Below, one piece after another: positions 27,733-37,367 of a stretch of 64,000 nt of DNA (position 1 is its first letter; every line of letters starts with the position of its first letter). The notes under the pieces are model-generated. The model was not told where the DNA came from, searched no databases, and saw nothing but the letters and a program-made list of their open reading frames with translations. Both the position numbers and the translations under genes were made by a program. The stretch is from Chloroflexota bacterium (GTDB taxonomy: Bacteria; Chloroflexota; UBA11872; VXOZ01): NCBI GenBank assembly GCA_964291655.2, contig OZ219801.1, positions 1 to 64,000 of the forward strand. Direction: 5' to 3'.

Positions 27733-28302
27733 CTACTGTTCTTGACCCGCATCATTATCTGATGAAGTGCCATTTCCCCGGACTCGTCGGGTTTGAGGCT
27801 TTGGGCTCAGATACGTCGTGAGTAGGTTCCCTTCCATGATGGGCCTTCTCTCTATGACGGCGGCATCCTCAACGCGCTCAAGCACAACGCGCAACACGTC
27901 GTGCCCATGCTCAGGATGTGCCATTTGCCGACGTAGGAATCGAACAAATGCCTTAACCTTGTGGCCCTCTTCCAGGAACTTGAAAATTCGATCTACCCGA
28001 TAATCAATGTCATGTCGATCCATGACTGGGCTGAATCGAACTTCCTTCAACGTGGTGGCGGCGCGATTCTTGCGCGAATGGCGCTCTTCCTTGGTCTGAC
28101 GGTACTTGTACTTCCCATAGTCCATTAGTCTGCATACTGGTGGGGAAGCGTTCGGGGACACCTCTACCAAGTCCACCTCGCGTTCTTGGGCTAACGCAAG
28201 CGCTCGCTCTATCGCGAGAATGCCGACTTGCTCACCGTCTTCATCGATTACGCGAACTTCGCGTGCCCGAATTTCTCGATTATTGCGCGCCTCTTTGACT
28301 AT
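27733..28302 (-). CDS. infC: Translation initiation factor IF-3 with a non-canonical ATA start
   Basis: The frame extends 42 codons upstream of the listed ORF (VKEARNNREIRAREVRVIDEDGEQVGI...DLVEVSPNASPPVCRLMDYGKYKY). AAGGAG lies 9 nt before the ATA, and an in-frame TAA lies just upstream. Confidence 0.93.
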   Translation of the reverse strand: MVKEARNNREIRAREVRVIDEDGEQVGILAIERALALAQEREVDLVEVSPNASPPVCRLMDYGKYKYRQTKEERHSRKNRAATTLKEVRFSPVMDRHDIDYRVDRIFKFLEEGHKVKAFVRFLRRQMAHPEHGHDVLRVVLERVEDAAVIERRPIMEGNLLTTYLSPKPQTRRVRGNGTSSDNDAGQEQ

Positions 28303-28411
28303 AGTTAATTACTCCTTCGTGGCTGTTTCAAAGTCTCGCTGGACTATACCATATCAATATGCCGAGAATCAAGACCCGTCCAGCATTGGCACAATCATTT
28401 GATTGTCTGCA

Positions 28412-29443
28412 CTAATTCCGGGTCCATGGGTGTGCGTGCACCGTAAGCGCCCTGTTCTGCGGCGACGCCAGACCTCTACGCGCGACCCTACGCTTGGCCT
28501 CCTGTGCCAGAGCCATGTCACGAGCTCGAATTGCAAACGTACGCCTCAGCACCACGTCCCGTCCGGTCTCGACAAAGCCAAGACTTTCCAATGCCTGGCA
28601 AACGTCCGTTGCATACGCAGGCACTCTCGACCAAACTCTGGAGCTGCCACGTTCTCTTGCATGAACCAGGGCCGTCGCCACCAGGTCTCGTGCCAGTCCA
28701 AGGTGGCCCTTTGCAACTCCTAGCTGCGCGCGTAACTCGCCATTCCGCCCCGGCGCTTCCGACAGCCAGCCTGCAATTCCGTCCTGCTCCTCGACCACCC
28801 AACGAGTCACTTGGAACGAAAACCGCGACGAGCTCCGCTGCAATTGCCAATCACGAGCTGTTATCCCTTCTGATAGACGCACGGCTTGCGGTGTTGAACG
28901 GAGGTAGAGCTTGTGCAAGGGCCACGCATCGCGCCGCTCCTGTCGCCGCAGCCCCGGCGCCTCCGGAGCCGTCACAATAAATGGTAACGACAACGCATAC
29001 GTGCGTTCCTGCATCGCAACTGAGAAATCCGCACGACGAAACGGAGCAACCAAACTGCTCTCTTCCGCCACGCGCGCAACGAGGCTCGGCATGCGCCTAT
29101 CCGCTGCTTGGCGGCACACTTCATCGAGAAGCATGAGCAGCCGGGTGTGTTCCGCGCTGTGTTCCGCAAGCGAATACGCCTCTAGTCCCGCAATGACCAA
29201 GTGCATCAATTCCCACTGAACGCGACCCGATTGCCGCGCTATTTGCGCTAAGGCGACTGCTCGCCGTCCTTCCCACACTGCAATCGCACAAGACGCCGGT
29301 AAGACCGCTCCAAGCAGCAAGCTAATTGTCGGCGACCACGGGGAATCGGCAATGACAAGAGACGGTTCACCGCGTGCCTGGAGCCGTAACGCCTGCAGAA
29401 AGCGGAGAGTATCCTGTCGCTTGATTTCGCCTGACTGAGCCAC
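28412..29443 (-). CDS. Hypothetical protein, probable degenerate tandem GNAT fold
   Basis: Two halves ending LVARV......FRRADF and VWSRV......ALESLGF, resembling GNAT motif B. Confidence 0.6.
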   Translation of the reverse strand: MAQSGEIKRQDTLRFLQALRLQARGEPSLVIADSPWSPTISLLLGAVLPASCAIAVWEGRRAVALAQIARQSGRVQWELMHLVIAGLEAYSLAEHSAEHTRLLMLLDEVCRQAADRRMPSLVARVAEESSLVAPFRRADFSVAMQERTYALSLPFIVTAPEAPGLRRQERRDAWPLHKLYLRSTPQAVRLSEGITARDWQLQRSSSRFSFQVTRWVVEEQDGIAGWLSEAPGRNGELRAQLGVAKGHLGLARDLVATALVHARERGSSRVWSRVPAYATDVCQALESLGFVETGRDVVLRRTFAIRARDMALAQEAKRRVARRGLASPQNRALTVHAHPWTRN

Positions 29444-29528
29444 TTCACCTATCGTCTTCGGGCGGAGCAGATTGACACTGAACGGATGTTATCGGGCAGA
29501 AATCTACCTCGCTTCAACCGGAGGCCGA

Positions 29529-30113
29529 TTAGTCGACGCGCGAGCAGAGCGTGAGAAAATACCGGTGTAAACGACGGTCTCTCACGATTTCAGGGTGGAA
29601 AGCCGTGGCAAACATCCGCTCTTGCTGAATGGCAACGATGCCCCCATCAGTAGGTAGCCGCCCCAGCACATCCACGTTCGGCCCTACGGACCTGACCACC
29701 GGGGCACGTATGAAGACAGCGGGGAACGGTCCCCCTTTAATGCATCGAATGGTAACTTCAGACTCGAAGCTATCAATCTGACTGCCAAATGCATTGCGCT
29801 GAATGTCGACATCCATAACCCTAAACAGCGGCTGATCGTGCCCATCGACATTCTTGGCGAGCAGAATCATCCCAGCGCAGGTGCCCCACACTGCCAACTT
29901 ACCCGCAAATATGCGGTCTCGGATGGGTTCCAATAAGTCGTAGAATACCATCAGCTTACCGATGGTGGTGCTCTCGCCGCCGGGGATGATGATCCCTTGG
30001 AGGTCTTCAAGATCCCGGGGCAACTTAACCAAGTTTGCGTTTACGCCCAGGTCGCCAAGCGCCTCAACATGCTCGCGAACGTCACCTTGAAGCGCTAAGA
30101 CACCGACGTTCAT
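29529..30113 (-). CDS. pdxT: Pyridoxal 5'-phosphate synthase glutaminase subunit
   Basis: GVLALQGDVREH, IPGGESTT, GTCAGMILLA, RNAFGSQ, FIRAP, FHPE. Confidence 0.97.
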   Translation of the reverse strand: MNVGVLALQGDVREHVEALGDLGVNANLVKLPRDLEDLQGIIIPGGESTTIGKLMVFYDLLEPIRDRIFAGKLAVWGTCAGMILLAKNVDGHDQPLFRVMDVDIQRNAFGSQIDSFESEVTIRCIKGGPFPAVFIRAPVVRSVGPNVDVLGRLPTDGGIVAIQQERMFATAFHPEIVRDRRLHRYFLTLCSRVD

Positions 30114-30121
30114 GCCGGTCT

Positions 30122-31003
30122 CTACCATCCTCGTACGGCAAGTAATTCTTCACTAGCCATAGAGCGCACGTCAAGACCCGACATCGGCTCGCCCAGGCCA
30201 CGGGAGACTTCGGCCACAATCTGAGAATCCTCGAAATGGGTTGTTGCCTTGACGATTGCGTTGGCCCGCGTTGGCGGATCTTCCGATTTAAAAATGCCGG
30301 AGCCGACGAAGTTCCCGTCGCAACCCAGTTGCATCATGAGAGCGGCATCCGCCGGCGTAGCGATGCCTCCCGCAGAGAAATTGACAACAGGCAATGCTCC
30401 ACGTTCCGCTACTTCCACGACAAGCGCATGGGGGGCTCCGAGCTCCTTTGCTTGCGCCATGAGCTCATCGGAACGCATGCTCTGCAGGCGTCGAATTGCG
30501 CCATTGACAGTGCGAATGTGCCGCACGGCTTCCACAACATTGCCGGTGCCCGCCTCGCCTTTCGTGCGGATCATGGCCGCGCCTTCACCAATTCGCCGCA
30601 AGGCCTCGCCCAGGTCTCTGGCGCCACACACAAAAGGGATAGTAAACCCATCCTTGTCAATGTGATGCTCTTCATCTGCAGGCGTAAGCACTTCCGATTC
30701 ATCGATGTAATCAATACCCAGTGCCTCAAGCACCTGTGCTTCGACAAAGTGACCTATCCGGCACTTGGCCATGACAGGGATCGTAACGGCCTCCTTGATC
30801 TGCGTGACAAGCCCAGGATCAGACATGCGCGCCACGCCGCCTTGAGCGCGGATGTCTGCTGGCACCCGCTCCAACGCCATTACGGCTACCGCACCGGCGT
30901 CTTCGGCAATTCTCGCCTGCTCAGGCGTGACAACGTCCATGATTACGCCACCCTTGAGCATTTGAGCCATGCCGGATTTGACAAGCCACGTACCCTTTTC
31001 CAT
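30122..31003 (-). CDS. pdxS: Pyridoxal 5'-phosphate synthase lyase subunit
   Basis: [53 protein letters not shown]-terminal RGW. Confidence 0.98.
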   Translation of the reverse strand: MEKGTWLVKSGMAQMLKGGVIMDVVTPEQARIAEDAGAVAVMALERVPADIRAQGGVARMSDPGLVTQIKEAVTIPVMAKCRIGHFVEAQVLEALGIDYIDESEVLTPADEEHHIDKDGFTIPFVCGARDLGEALRRIGEGAAMIRTKGEAGTGNVVEAVRHIRTVNGAIRRLQSMRSDELMAQAKELGAPHALVVEVAERGALPVVNFSAGGIATPADAALMMQLGCDGNFVGSGIFKSEDPPTRANAIVKATTHFEDSQIVAEVSRGLGEPMSGLDVRSMASEELLAVRGW

Positions 31004-31170
31004 AGTTTTAGCCTCTAGGTTGTTATGCCTCACCCAATCGCCCTATGTTACCTCTCCCATGTTACCTAGCGAAGCCTGCCTCGGCAAGAGGCTGCAGAGA
31101 TCCTCTGCAACTCGACTCGGCGGGCAGCTCCGCCTCACCTTCCTGCGCACTTTGCACTATTCCTGCCGGT

Positions 31171-31199
31171 TTGATAGAGAGTACTACATCTGCTATCAT
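31171..31199 (+). promoter_or_regulatory. Sigma70-type promoter
   Basis: TTGATA, 17-nt spacer, TATCAT preceded by TG, upstream of the 31254 start. Confidence 0.5.
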
Positions 31200-31253
31200 G
31201 ATGCGCCAGAGGAGTGGTTGTACGGGCGCGAACCTGAACAGAAGGGGTGTCAC

Positions 31254-33281
31254 GTGGCGGTGCTGACCGTACAAATCGGCCAGGCTGCTCTTGTTGGCAA
31301 TCAACGCCGAGCAAGCAGTCCCTGGGCTCATACCTTCCAGGACACCTCATCGGATGTCGATATGGGCACCCTCTACTTGAATTTGGAGGGAGTCAGCAGC
31401 GAGACCGCCGGCACCATTGCAAACGAAGTGGCGCGGCATTACTTCGAAAACACCTCCGCTCGCACGGAAACCGCCCTACTCCGCAGCGTACGTCACGCCT
31501 ACCGCTTTCTTTACGATGCCCGTATTGAAGGCTCCCTGTCTGATATCGGCTTAACTGCGGTGGTAGTTCTCAGTGGGCGCGCTTCAATTGCCCAGGTTCT
31601 ACCTGCCCAGTTCTATCTGGTTCAAGAAGGTGAACTGACTGCCTTGCCCGAAACACAGGAACGGGCTTCCGGCCAGAATTCACCGTCAGTGCCGGACGAC
31701 CGCTATCCTCAGTGGGAACCTCCTGTTGAGATGTTTCGCGCCACTCTCCATCCCCAGGATGTCGTAGTTCTCTGTTCTGACAACGTCGGCACGGTGCTGA
31801 GTGACAATGAGGTTGAAGAGTTTCTCTCTGCTGGCAATGTTCAGAATGCCGCGGAGTCATTGATAGACTCCGTCCGCAAACGCGGGGAGAAGGATTGTTC
31901 GGCATTAGTGCTCCGGTTCGATACCGCAAGAGAGACTCTTGGGAGCGCAAGAGCCGCGCCACAGGAACCTGAAGCAATCCTCGAACCTGCTCCGCAGAGA
32001 GCCGAACCTACTGCGCGCGGAGGTGTGGCCACTACAATTGTTGGCCTTATATTGGCCCTCTTTGTCATGACGTGGTCATTCATTGCATCTCTGTTTCGAC
32101 CTCGCAGCCAACCCGCTGCCCAGAGTTCTTCAGGTGTCCCCAGCGTTGCGATGCAGTCAACGATCACTACGCGAAATGCAGTGGAGGAAGCCCGCAGACA
32201 GAGGATAAACCGAGTAGGTGCTGGCATAGTGGTTTTGCTGGTGCTGGCTCTGCTCGTCATAGGTGCCAATGCTCTGTTTGGCGGTGAAGAACAGACGGTT
32301 AGCATAACCGAAGATGCACCGGCCCCGGCCCAAGAGCAGGAAACCGTCCAAGCGCCCCAAAGCGACGCCGGGACTGCGACAGCTAGCCCTGCGCCAATTG
32401 AAACGGCCACCATAGCCTCGGCAACGCCGTCCGCCCCGGAATCAACTGGCTCGATAGTCGATGAACTTCAGGTGCTCGTCCGATTTGATTCTGCGGTGCA
32501 ACCGGGCGAAATCTTCGGTTTGAATAATACAATGTATGTTCTCGATCGCGCTTCAGGTGCTGTGTACCGGGTCGGCACGGCAGGAAACAGCGAAGTTGTC
32601 TATCAGCCCAACGTTGGTACTCTGTCAGGAAGTAACGCGCTACTCGTTACCGGAAGAGCGGACCTCATCCAGATTCTTGACAGCAGTTATCAGCTCTACC
32701 AAGTCGTGAATGGCGAAGCTCCCCAAGTTGCGCAACTCTCAACCGGCTCGATTCTGGAGCCCAGGGCAAGCGCGACCTACGATCAAAACTTCTATTTGCT
32801 AGACGCAGGCGCAAACGACGTATTGCGTTTCCGGCCTATTGGCAGCGGCGTCTACGGCGAGCCGGAAGGGTTCTTTGGGATCAACAGTGGAGTAGACTTG
32901 TCGCAGGCAAGTGATCTCGCCATCGATGGTTCTGTCTTCATCTTGTTTAGTGACGGCACTATCAACCGCTACACATCCGGATCCCGGGCTGAGTTTTCCC
33001 TTGCGGCCCTGCCGTCGCCTCTGGGCACGCCGGGCGCGATCTTCATTAGCCAAGAAATGGGCTCACTCTACATCTTAGACGGAGACAACGATCGAGTTGT
33101 TCAGGTAACTACCGAAGGCGTTTATCAGCGTCAGATCCTTGCGCCAAACAGCCTCTTTGCCACTGCCATTGACTTGTTTGTCAATCGTGGTGAAACCTAT
33201 CTCTGGATTGTCGGCCCAACATCGGTAACGCGGATTCCGCTACCGGAACTTCCTGCAGATGCTCCCAGATCTGCTGCGTAG
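31254..33281 (+). CDS. Membrane protein: degenerate PP2C-like domain, TM segment(s), low-complexity linker and NHL-like beta-propeller
   Basis: DVVVLCSD and GEKDCSALV (PP2C motifs 8 and 11), two hydrophobic segments, MYVLD/FYLLD/LYILD blade repeats. Probable GTG start at 31254. Confidence 0.75.
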   Translation: MAVLTVQIGQAALVGNQRRASSPWAHTFQDTSSDVDMGTLYLNLEGVSSETAGTIANEVARHYFENTSARTETALLRSVRHAYRFLYDARIEGSLSDIGLTAVVVLSGRASIAQVLPAQFYLVQEGELTALPETQERASGQNSPSVPDDRYPQWEPPVEMFRATLHPQDVVVLCSDNVGTVLSDNEVEEFLSAGNVQNAAESLIDSVRKRGEKDCSALVLRFDTARETLGSARAAPQEPEAILEPAPQRAEPTARGGVATTIVGLILALFVMTWSFIASLFRPRSQPAAQSSSGVPSVAMQSTITTRNAVEEARRQRINRVGAGIVVLLVLALLVIGANALFGGEEQTVSITEDAPAPAQEQETVQAPQSDAGTATASPAPIETATIASATPSAPESTGSIVDELQVLVRFDSAVQPGEIFGLNNTMYVLDRASGAVYRVGTAGNSEVVYQPNVGTLSGSNALLVTGRADLIQILDSSYQLYQVVNGEAPQVAQLSTGSILEPRASATYDQNFYLLDAGANDVLRFRPIGSGVYGEPEGFFGINSGVDLSQASDLAIDGSVFILFSDGTINRYTSGSRAEFSLAALPSPLGTPGAIFISQEMGSLYILDGDNDRVVQVTTEGVYQRQILAPNSLFATAIDLFVNRGETYLWIVGPTSVTRIPLPELPADAPRSAA

Positions 33282-33505
33282 GGCACGCACTTCAGCGTCG
33301 TGCTCGAGTTTTAGCGGCTGCTGACTTTACTCTTCACTCGCACTTCGTCCACTTTAACAGAATTTAGCTCGTCGGCGTCCGTGTACAAGCAGTCTTGCAG
33401 GATTCATGACCAGCAAGTCTTCTGGATGCAGGATAGGAGAGTTTGTGCGCCGGCACGTTGTACCATCCTGAAATTCCGGTAAGAACAGATAACGAGTATT
33501 TCACA

Positions 33506-34783
33506 GTGTTCTATGATGAAGCTCGCATTTTCGTAAAGGGTGGGAAGGGCGGCGACGGCATGGCCCACTTCCACCGCGAAAAATTTCAACCGCGCGGCGG
33601 GCCGGATGGCGGTGACGGAGGGCGCGGCGGCAGCGTCTACCTCACTGTCGACCCTAGTCTGAACAGTCTACTCTTCCTCCATCGCACTCGTCGCTTCATC
33701 GCTGAAGCGGGCCGGTCCGGCAGCACTAACCGGAAGCAGGGCGCTGCGGGCAAAGACATTCAAGCATGGGTTCCGCCTGGAACGGTCGTAACCGAGGCGG
33801 TTTCAGGTCAGGTCATTGCGGACTTGCGCAACGTCGATGACCGCGTCCTGGCGGCAAGGGGAGGTCGGGGCGGTCTGGGCAATGTGCACTTTGCGACGTC
33901 AACCCGCCAAGCACCGCAATTCGCCCAAAAAGGAGAACCGCCCGAAGAGCGCTGGCTCAACCTGGAATTGCAGCTTATCGCCGACGTTGGCATTGTGGGG
34001 CAGCCAAATGCCGGCAAGTCATCACTCCTCTCGCGGATAAGTGCCGCACGCCCCAAAGTTGCCGCATATCCATTCACCACGCTGCAACCTGAGCTTGGCG
34101 TGGTTCAACGGGGCAATGCGACGTTAGTGTTCGCCGACATCCCGGGCCTTATAGACGGGGCGCACAGCGGCGCCGGTCTGGGCCACACGTTTCTGCGCCA
34201 CATTCGGCGCACCCGCATGTTGCTGCACGTAGTGGACTGTGCTTCCTTGGAAGACCTGGACCCAGTGGCGGCCTTCCGGCAAATCAATGATGAGCTTTAC
34301 CAATTCGATCCCACACTGCTGGAAAGGCCCCAAGTCGTCGCTCTAAACAAACTCGATGTCACGGAAGCGCGGTCACGCTTTGATGCCGCCAAAGCGGCGA
34401 TTGAGTCTCTCGGTCACACGGTAGTTGGCATCTCAGCCGTGTCCGGCCAAGGGATCGATGAGCTGCTCGGCAGTGTCTTTCACACCTACAGTGAGACGCC
34501 TGCCGCCAAGTTGGAAGCCCCGTCAATTGCTGTATCCGAGATTGCAGTCCCGGTCTCTGACGATTTCGCAATTGCGCGTCGAGAAGATGCGCTTGTCGTT
34601 ACCGGCAAGGCAGCGGAACGCCTCGCCGCGATGTCCGACCTCTCCACCCTCGATGGCGTGCTCTACTTTCAGCAACGGCTCGACCGCATGGGAATCACCG
34701 CTGCGTTGGAGAAGGCCGGTGCGGGGGCCGGTACAATGGTGGTCATCGGCACGGTTGAATTGGAGTGGCAGGCGGAGCCGTAG
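33506..34783 (+). CDS. obgE: GTPase ObgE/CgtA
   Basis: FYDEA, GGPDGGDGGRGG, GQPNAGKS, YPFTT, DIPGLI, NKLD and the C-terminal OCT domain. GTG start at 33506. Confidence 0.97.
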   Translation: MFYDEARIFVKGGKGGDGMAHFHREKFQPRGGPDGGDGGRGGSVYLTVDPSLNSLLFLHRTRRFIAEAGRSGSTNRKQGAAGKDIQAWVPPGTVVTEAVSGQVIADLRNVDDRVLAARGGRGGLGNVHFATSTRQAPQFAQKGEPPEERWLNLELQLIADVGIVGQPNAGKSSLLSRISAARPKVAAYPFTTLQPELGVVQRGNATLVFADIPGLIDGAHSGAGLGHTFLRHIRRTRMLLHVVDCASLEDLDPVAAFRQINDELYQFDPTLLERPQVVALNKLDVTEARSRFDAAKAAIESLGHTVVGISAVSGQGIDELLGSVFHTYSETPAAKLEAPSIAVSEIAVPVSDDFAIARREDALVVTGKAAERLAAMSDLSTLDGVLYFQQRLDRMGITAALEKAGAGAGTMVVIGTVELEWQAEP

Positions 34784-35019
34784 TCTTTAGCTCTCCGCGG
34801 TAGTGACGTGCTTGATATGGGGGGAGCGCATCGGCAAGAAAGTCGTGGCTCAAGACTTCACGATGATCCTTCAACAGGCGAGTCGTACTCCCTTCGCCAC
34901 TATAATCTCTCCCAAGTGTTGAAGAAGTGCTCTGCGCCACTTACAATAGAAAGCTGACAACTTGCAACTTCGACAGTTGGACTGCCGAGTACGCATTAGG
35001 CAATGAGGAAGGATCACCA

Positions 35020-35406
35020 ATGCCAGATGACCTCGATAGAAGGAAAGTAGTAATCCTGGAAGACGATCCTGAATTGATCGAACAGATTCAGCGCCGACTT
35101 CAGGACTACGGGTACTTCTCAATTCTCGTGCGACGGACGCGGGACATCATAAAGTTTCTCAAGGCAGAGAAACCGCAGACCATGATTATGGATGTCGCTC
35201 TTCCAGATGTGGACGGTATCGCGCTGCTGCAGGAAATCAAGGCGGACTGGGAAGCCAAGAAGACGCATGTCATTGTGATGTCGAACTACTCGACGCGGGT
35301 AAACTATAAGGTCCGCGATGATGTAGCTGACATCTTTCAGAAGCCCTTTGACGTTGAGTCGCTTTTGGAGTCCGTGCACCGTGTAGCAGCTATGGATAAC
35401 AAGTAG
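35020..35406 (+). CDS. Single-domain response regulator (receiver)
   Basis: ILEDD, phospho-acceptor MDVALPDVDG, VIVMS, KPF. ATG at 35020 after AGGA. Confidence 0.9.
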   Translation: MPDDLDRRKVVILEDDPELIEQIQRRLQDYGYFSILVRRTRDIIKFLKAEKPQTMIMDVALPDVDGIALLQEIKADWEAKKTHVIVMSNYSTRVNYKVRDDVADIFQKPFDVESLLESVHRVAAMDNK

Positions 35407-35528
35407 CCGACCTGAGGCGCTTGGGCTTACTTGCATCATCGATTCTTGGGCGTCATGGCTTTGGGTGTCTTGCACTTAGCCAAGGCGCTCTTGCATTTAG
35501 TCGTAGCATCCAAACCTTGAAGGGCGTT

Positions 35529-36512
35529 CTAAGCGGTCAGTAGCCGATTTATGGCTTCAGACTCATTGCCCCGCGAGCGGAGGAATTCAGCTACACGCTG
35601 CCGCCGCGGTGCACCGTCTATCGGTCCGGTCACGGTTACAGACAAGGCTCCCGCCGCATTTGCCCAAAGCGCAGCCAGCTCAAACGGCGCGCCTTGTTGC
35701 AACGCCCAGAGAAACGCGGCATCGAAGGTATCGCCGGCTCCCGTCGCGTCAACTTCCTCAACCGGAAATGATGGTACCGAGAAAGTACTCTCTTTACTGA
35801 ATACTGAGCAACCGGCTGCACCTTGCTTGAGCACCACGGCTTCATTGTGGGGAGCATTGCGCAAGATTGCACACGCGGCTTCCGAGGAATTCGCGCCCGT
35901 GATCAAACGGGCCTCCTCGCCACTCGGGAAGACGATGCTTGCCACGTCTACAATAGGACCGACCAGCGCGCGTATCTCCGCCGGGTCGGCGAGTTCCGCG
36001 CGTATATTTGGGTCTAGGCTCACACGTCCACCGGACTCCCTGACCAATCGCGCCACCAAGATACAGTACTTCCACCAGGCGTCATTCATTGCCAGACATG
36101 AACCGTTAATGTGCACCCAGGCAACCTGACTCAAGGTATCTGTGCTCGGCAACGGCGGCGGCAAGCCTGCCGCGCCGTTTCGCATGTGAAAGAAGAATGA
36201 CCGCGTCCCGTCGGGATGATTGACCACGAAAGAAGCAGCGGTCGGCAATGCTTTGGTCGCGGCCATGCCATCGCGGTCCACGTCTTCTCTGGCCAGGAAA
36301 TCCATGATCGCCTCGCCGAAGGCATCGTCGCCAACCGTACCCAGGAATGCGCTCTGCCCACCAAGACGGGCAACCGCCGTAGCAAAAATGAGTGGCGCGC
36401 CACTTGCAAATGGTCCGCGATAGGCGCCTTCCTCCGTCAGAGGCGCATGTTCGCCTATCTGGACAAACTCGGCGAGCGCTTCGCCCATGCTTAGAATTAC
36501 GGTCCGTTCCAT
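35529..36512 (-). CDS. PfkB family sugar kinase
   Basis: SGAP, GTVGDDAFG, DPNIR, KQGAAG, DATGAGDTF. Confidence 0.93.
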   Translation of the reverse strand: MERTVILSMGEALAEFVQIGEHAPLTEEGAYRGPFASGAPLIFATAVARLGGQSAFLGTVGDDAFGEAIMDFLAREDVDRDGMAATKALPTAASFVVNHPDGTRSFFFHMRNGAAGLPPPLPSTDTLSQVAWVHINGSCLAMNDAWWKYCILVARLVRESGGRVSLDPNIRAELADPAEIRALVGPIVDVASIVFPSGEEARLITGANSSEAACAILRNAPHNEAVVLKQGAAGCSVFSKESTFSVPSFPVEEVDATGAGDTFDAAFLWALQQGAPFELAALWANAAGALSVTVTGPIDGAPRRQRVAEFLRSRGNESEAINRLLTA

Positions 36513-36584
36513 TGCCCACCTTCACAGGCTACTGCTTGACCACATTCTGCACAGTATACTGGCAATCGATGGGAGTTAACTCAA

Positions 36585-37181
36585 GTGACAGAGAACAATC
36601 GTCTTCCTGCCAGCTCTCGAGCCAAAGTAGCCCGTCAATTCTGGCAAGGACCTGTGTTGGAGAAAGCGCAAAGTGCCTTGGGAATGGTGCTTGTGCGGCA
36701 AGACAAAGGCAATGCGATGCGCGGCAGAATAGTGGAAGTAGAGGCCTACGGCGGCAGCGATGATCCCGCCAGCCACGCCTATCGCCGCAGAACGCCTCGC
36801 AATGCGTCTATGTTCGGTCCTGGAGGCGTTGCATACGTTTACTTCGTCTACGGCATGCACTTCTGTTTCAACATCGTGACAGGAAGAGAGAACGAGGCCG
36901 CAGCAATACTCGTGCGCGCCTTAGAGCCGCTAGATAACCTACACGTCCGCACCGATGGCCCGGCACGCCTTTGCGCTGCTCTCAATATCGATCGGCGGCT
37001 CAACGGCATTGCGTTAGAGGGCGATACCCTCTGGCTGGAACCGGGCGACTCGCCATTGCCAGCGCATCAGATCGCATGTTCCCCGCGCATCGGCATAAAT
37101 CCGGCTTCGCTTGGCGCTGAACGGCCGTGGCGATTCTTCGTCAGGGACAACCCAAACGTATCAAAGCCACTTCGCCGTTAA
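36585..37181 (+). CDS. DNA-3-methyladenine glycosylase (MPG/AAG family)
   Basis: GRIVEVEAY, DPASH, YVYFVYGMH, AILVRALEP, GPARLC, PRIGI, PWRF. Confidence 0.94.
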   Translation: MTENNRLPASSRAKVARQFWQGPVLEKAQSALGMVLVRQDKGNAMRGRIVEVEAYGGSDDPASHAYRRRTPRNASMFGPGGVAYVYFVYGMHFCFNIVTGRENEAAAILVRALEPLDNLHVRTDGPARLCAALNIDRRLNGIALEGDTLWLEPGDSPLPAHQIACSPRIGINPASLGAERPWRFFVRDNPNVSKPLRR

Positions 37182-37367
37182 CCCCTCTGCACCGAATCAC
37201 ACATGCCTGTGAAAGCTTGCTTGCGTGCTTCCGCATGCGGTTGATCCCTGTCGCACACCGTTATCCGCACCTATCTCTCGCGCTTGCGCCATGTGCCGTT
37301 CACCCCTACAATACGGCACTAGTGCAAGGAATTGAAGTAACTAATCAATAGTCCACGGGAGCGAGGA

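Noticed and set aside
30236-31018. 260-aa antisense ORF inside pdxS
   Set aside because: Shadow ORF on the strand opposite a highly conserved gene.
30969-31253. N-terminal extension of the 770-aa ORF (similarly for dnaN, obgE, tsaD, the 47959 MFS and the receiver protein)
   Set aside because: The extensions overlap promoters or neighbouring genes, and better starts lie downstream.
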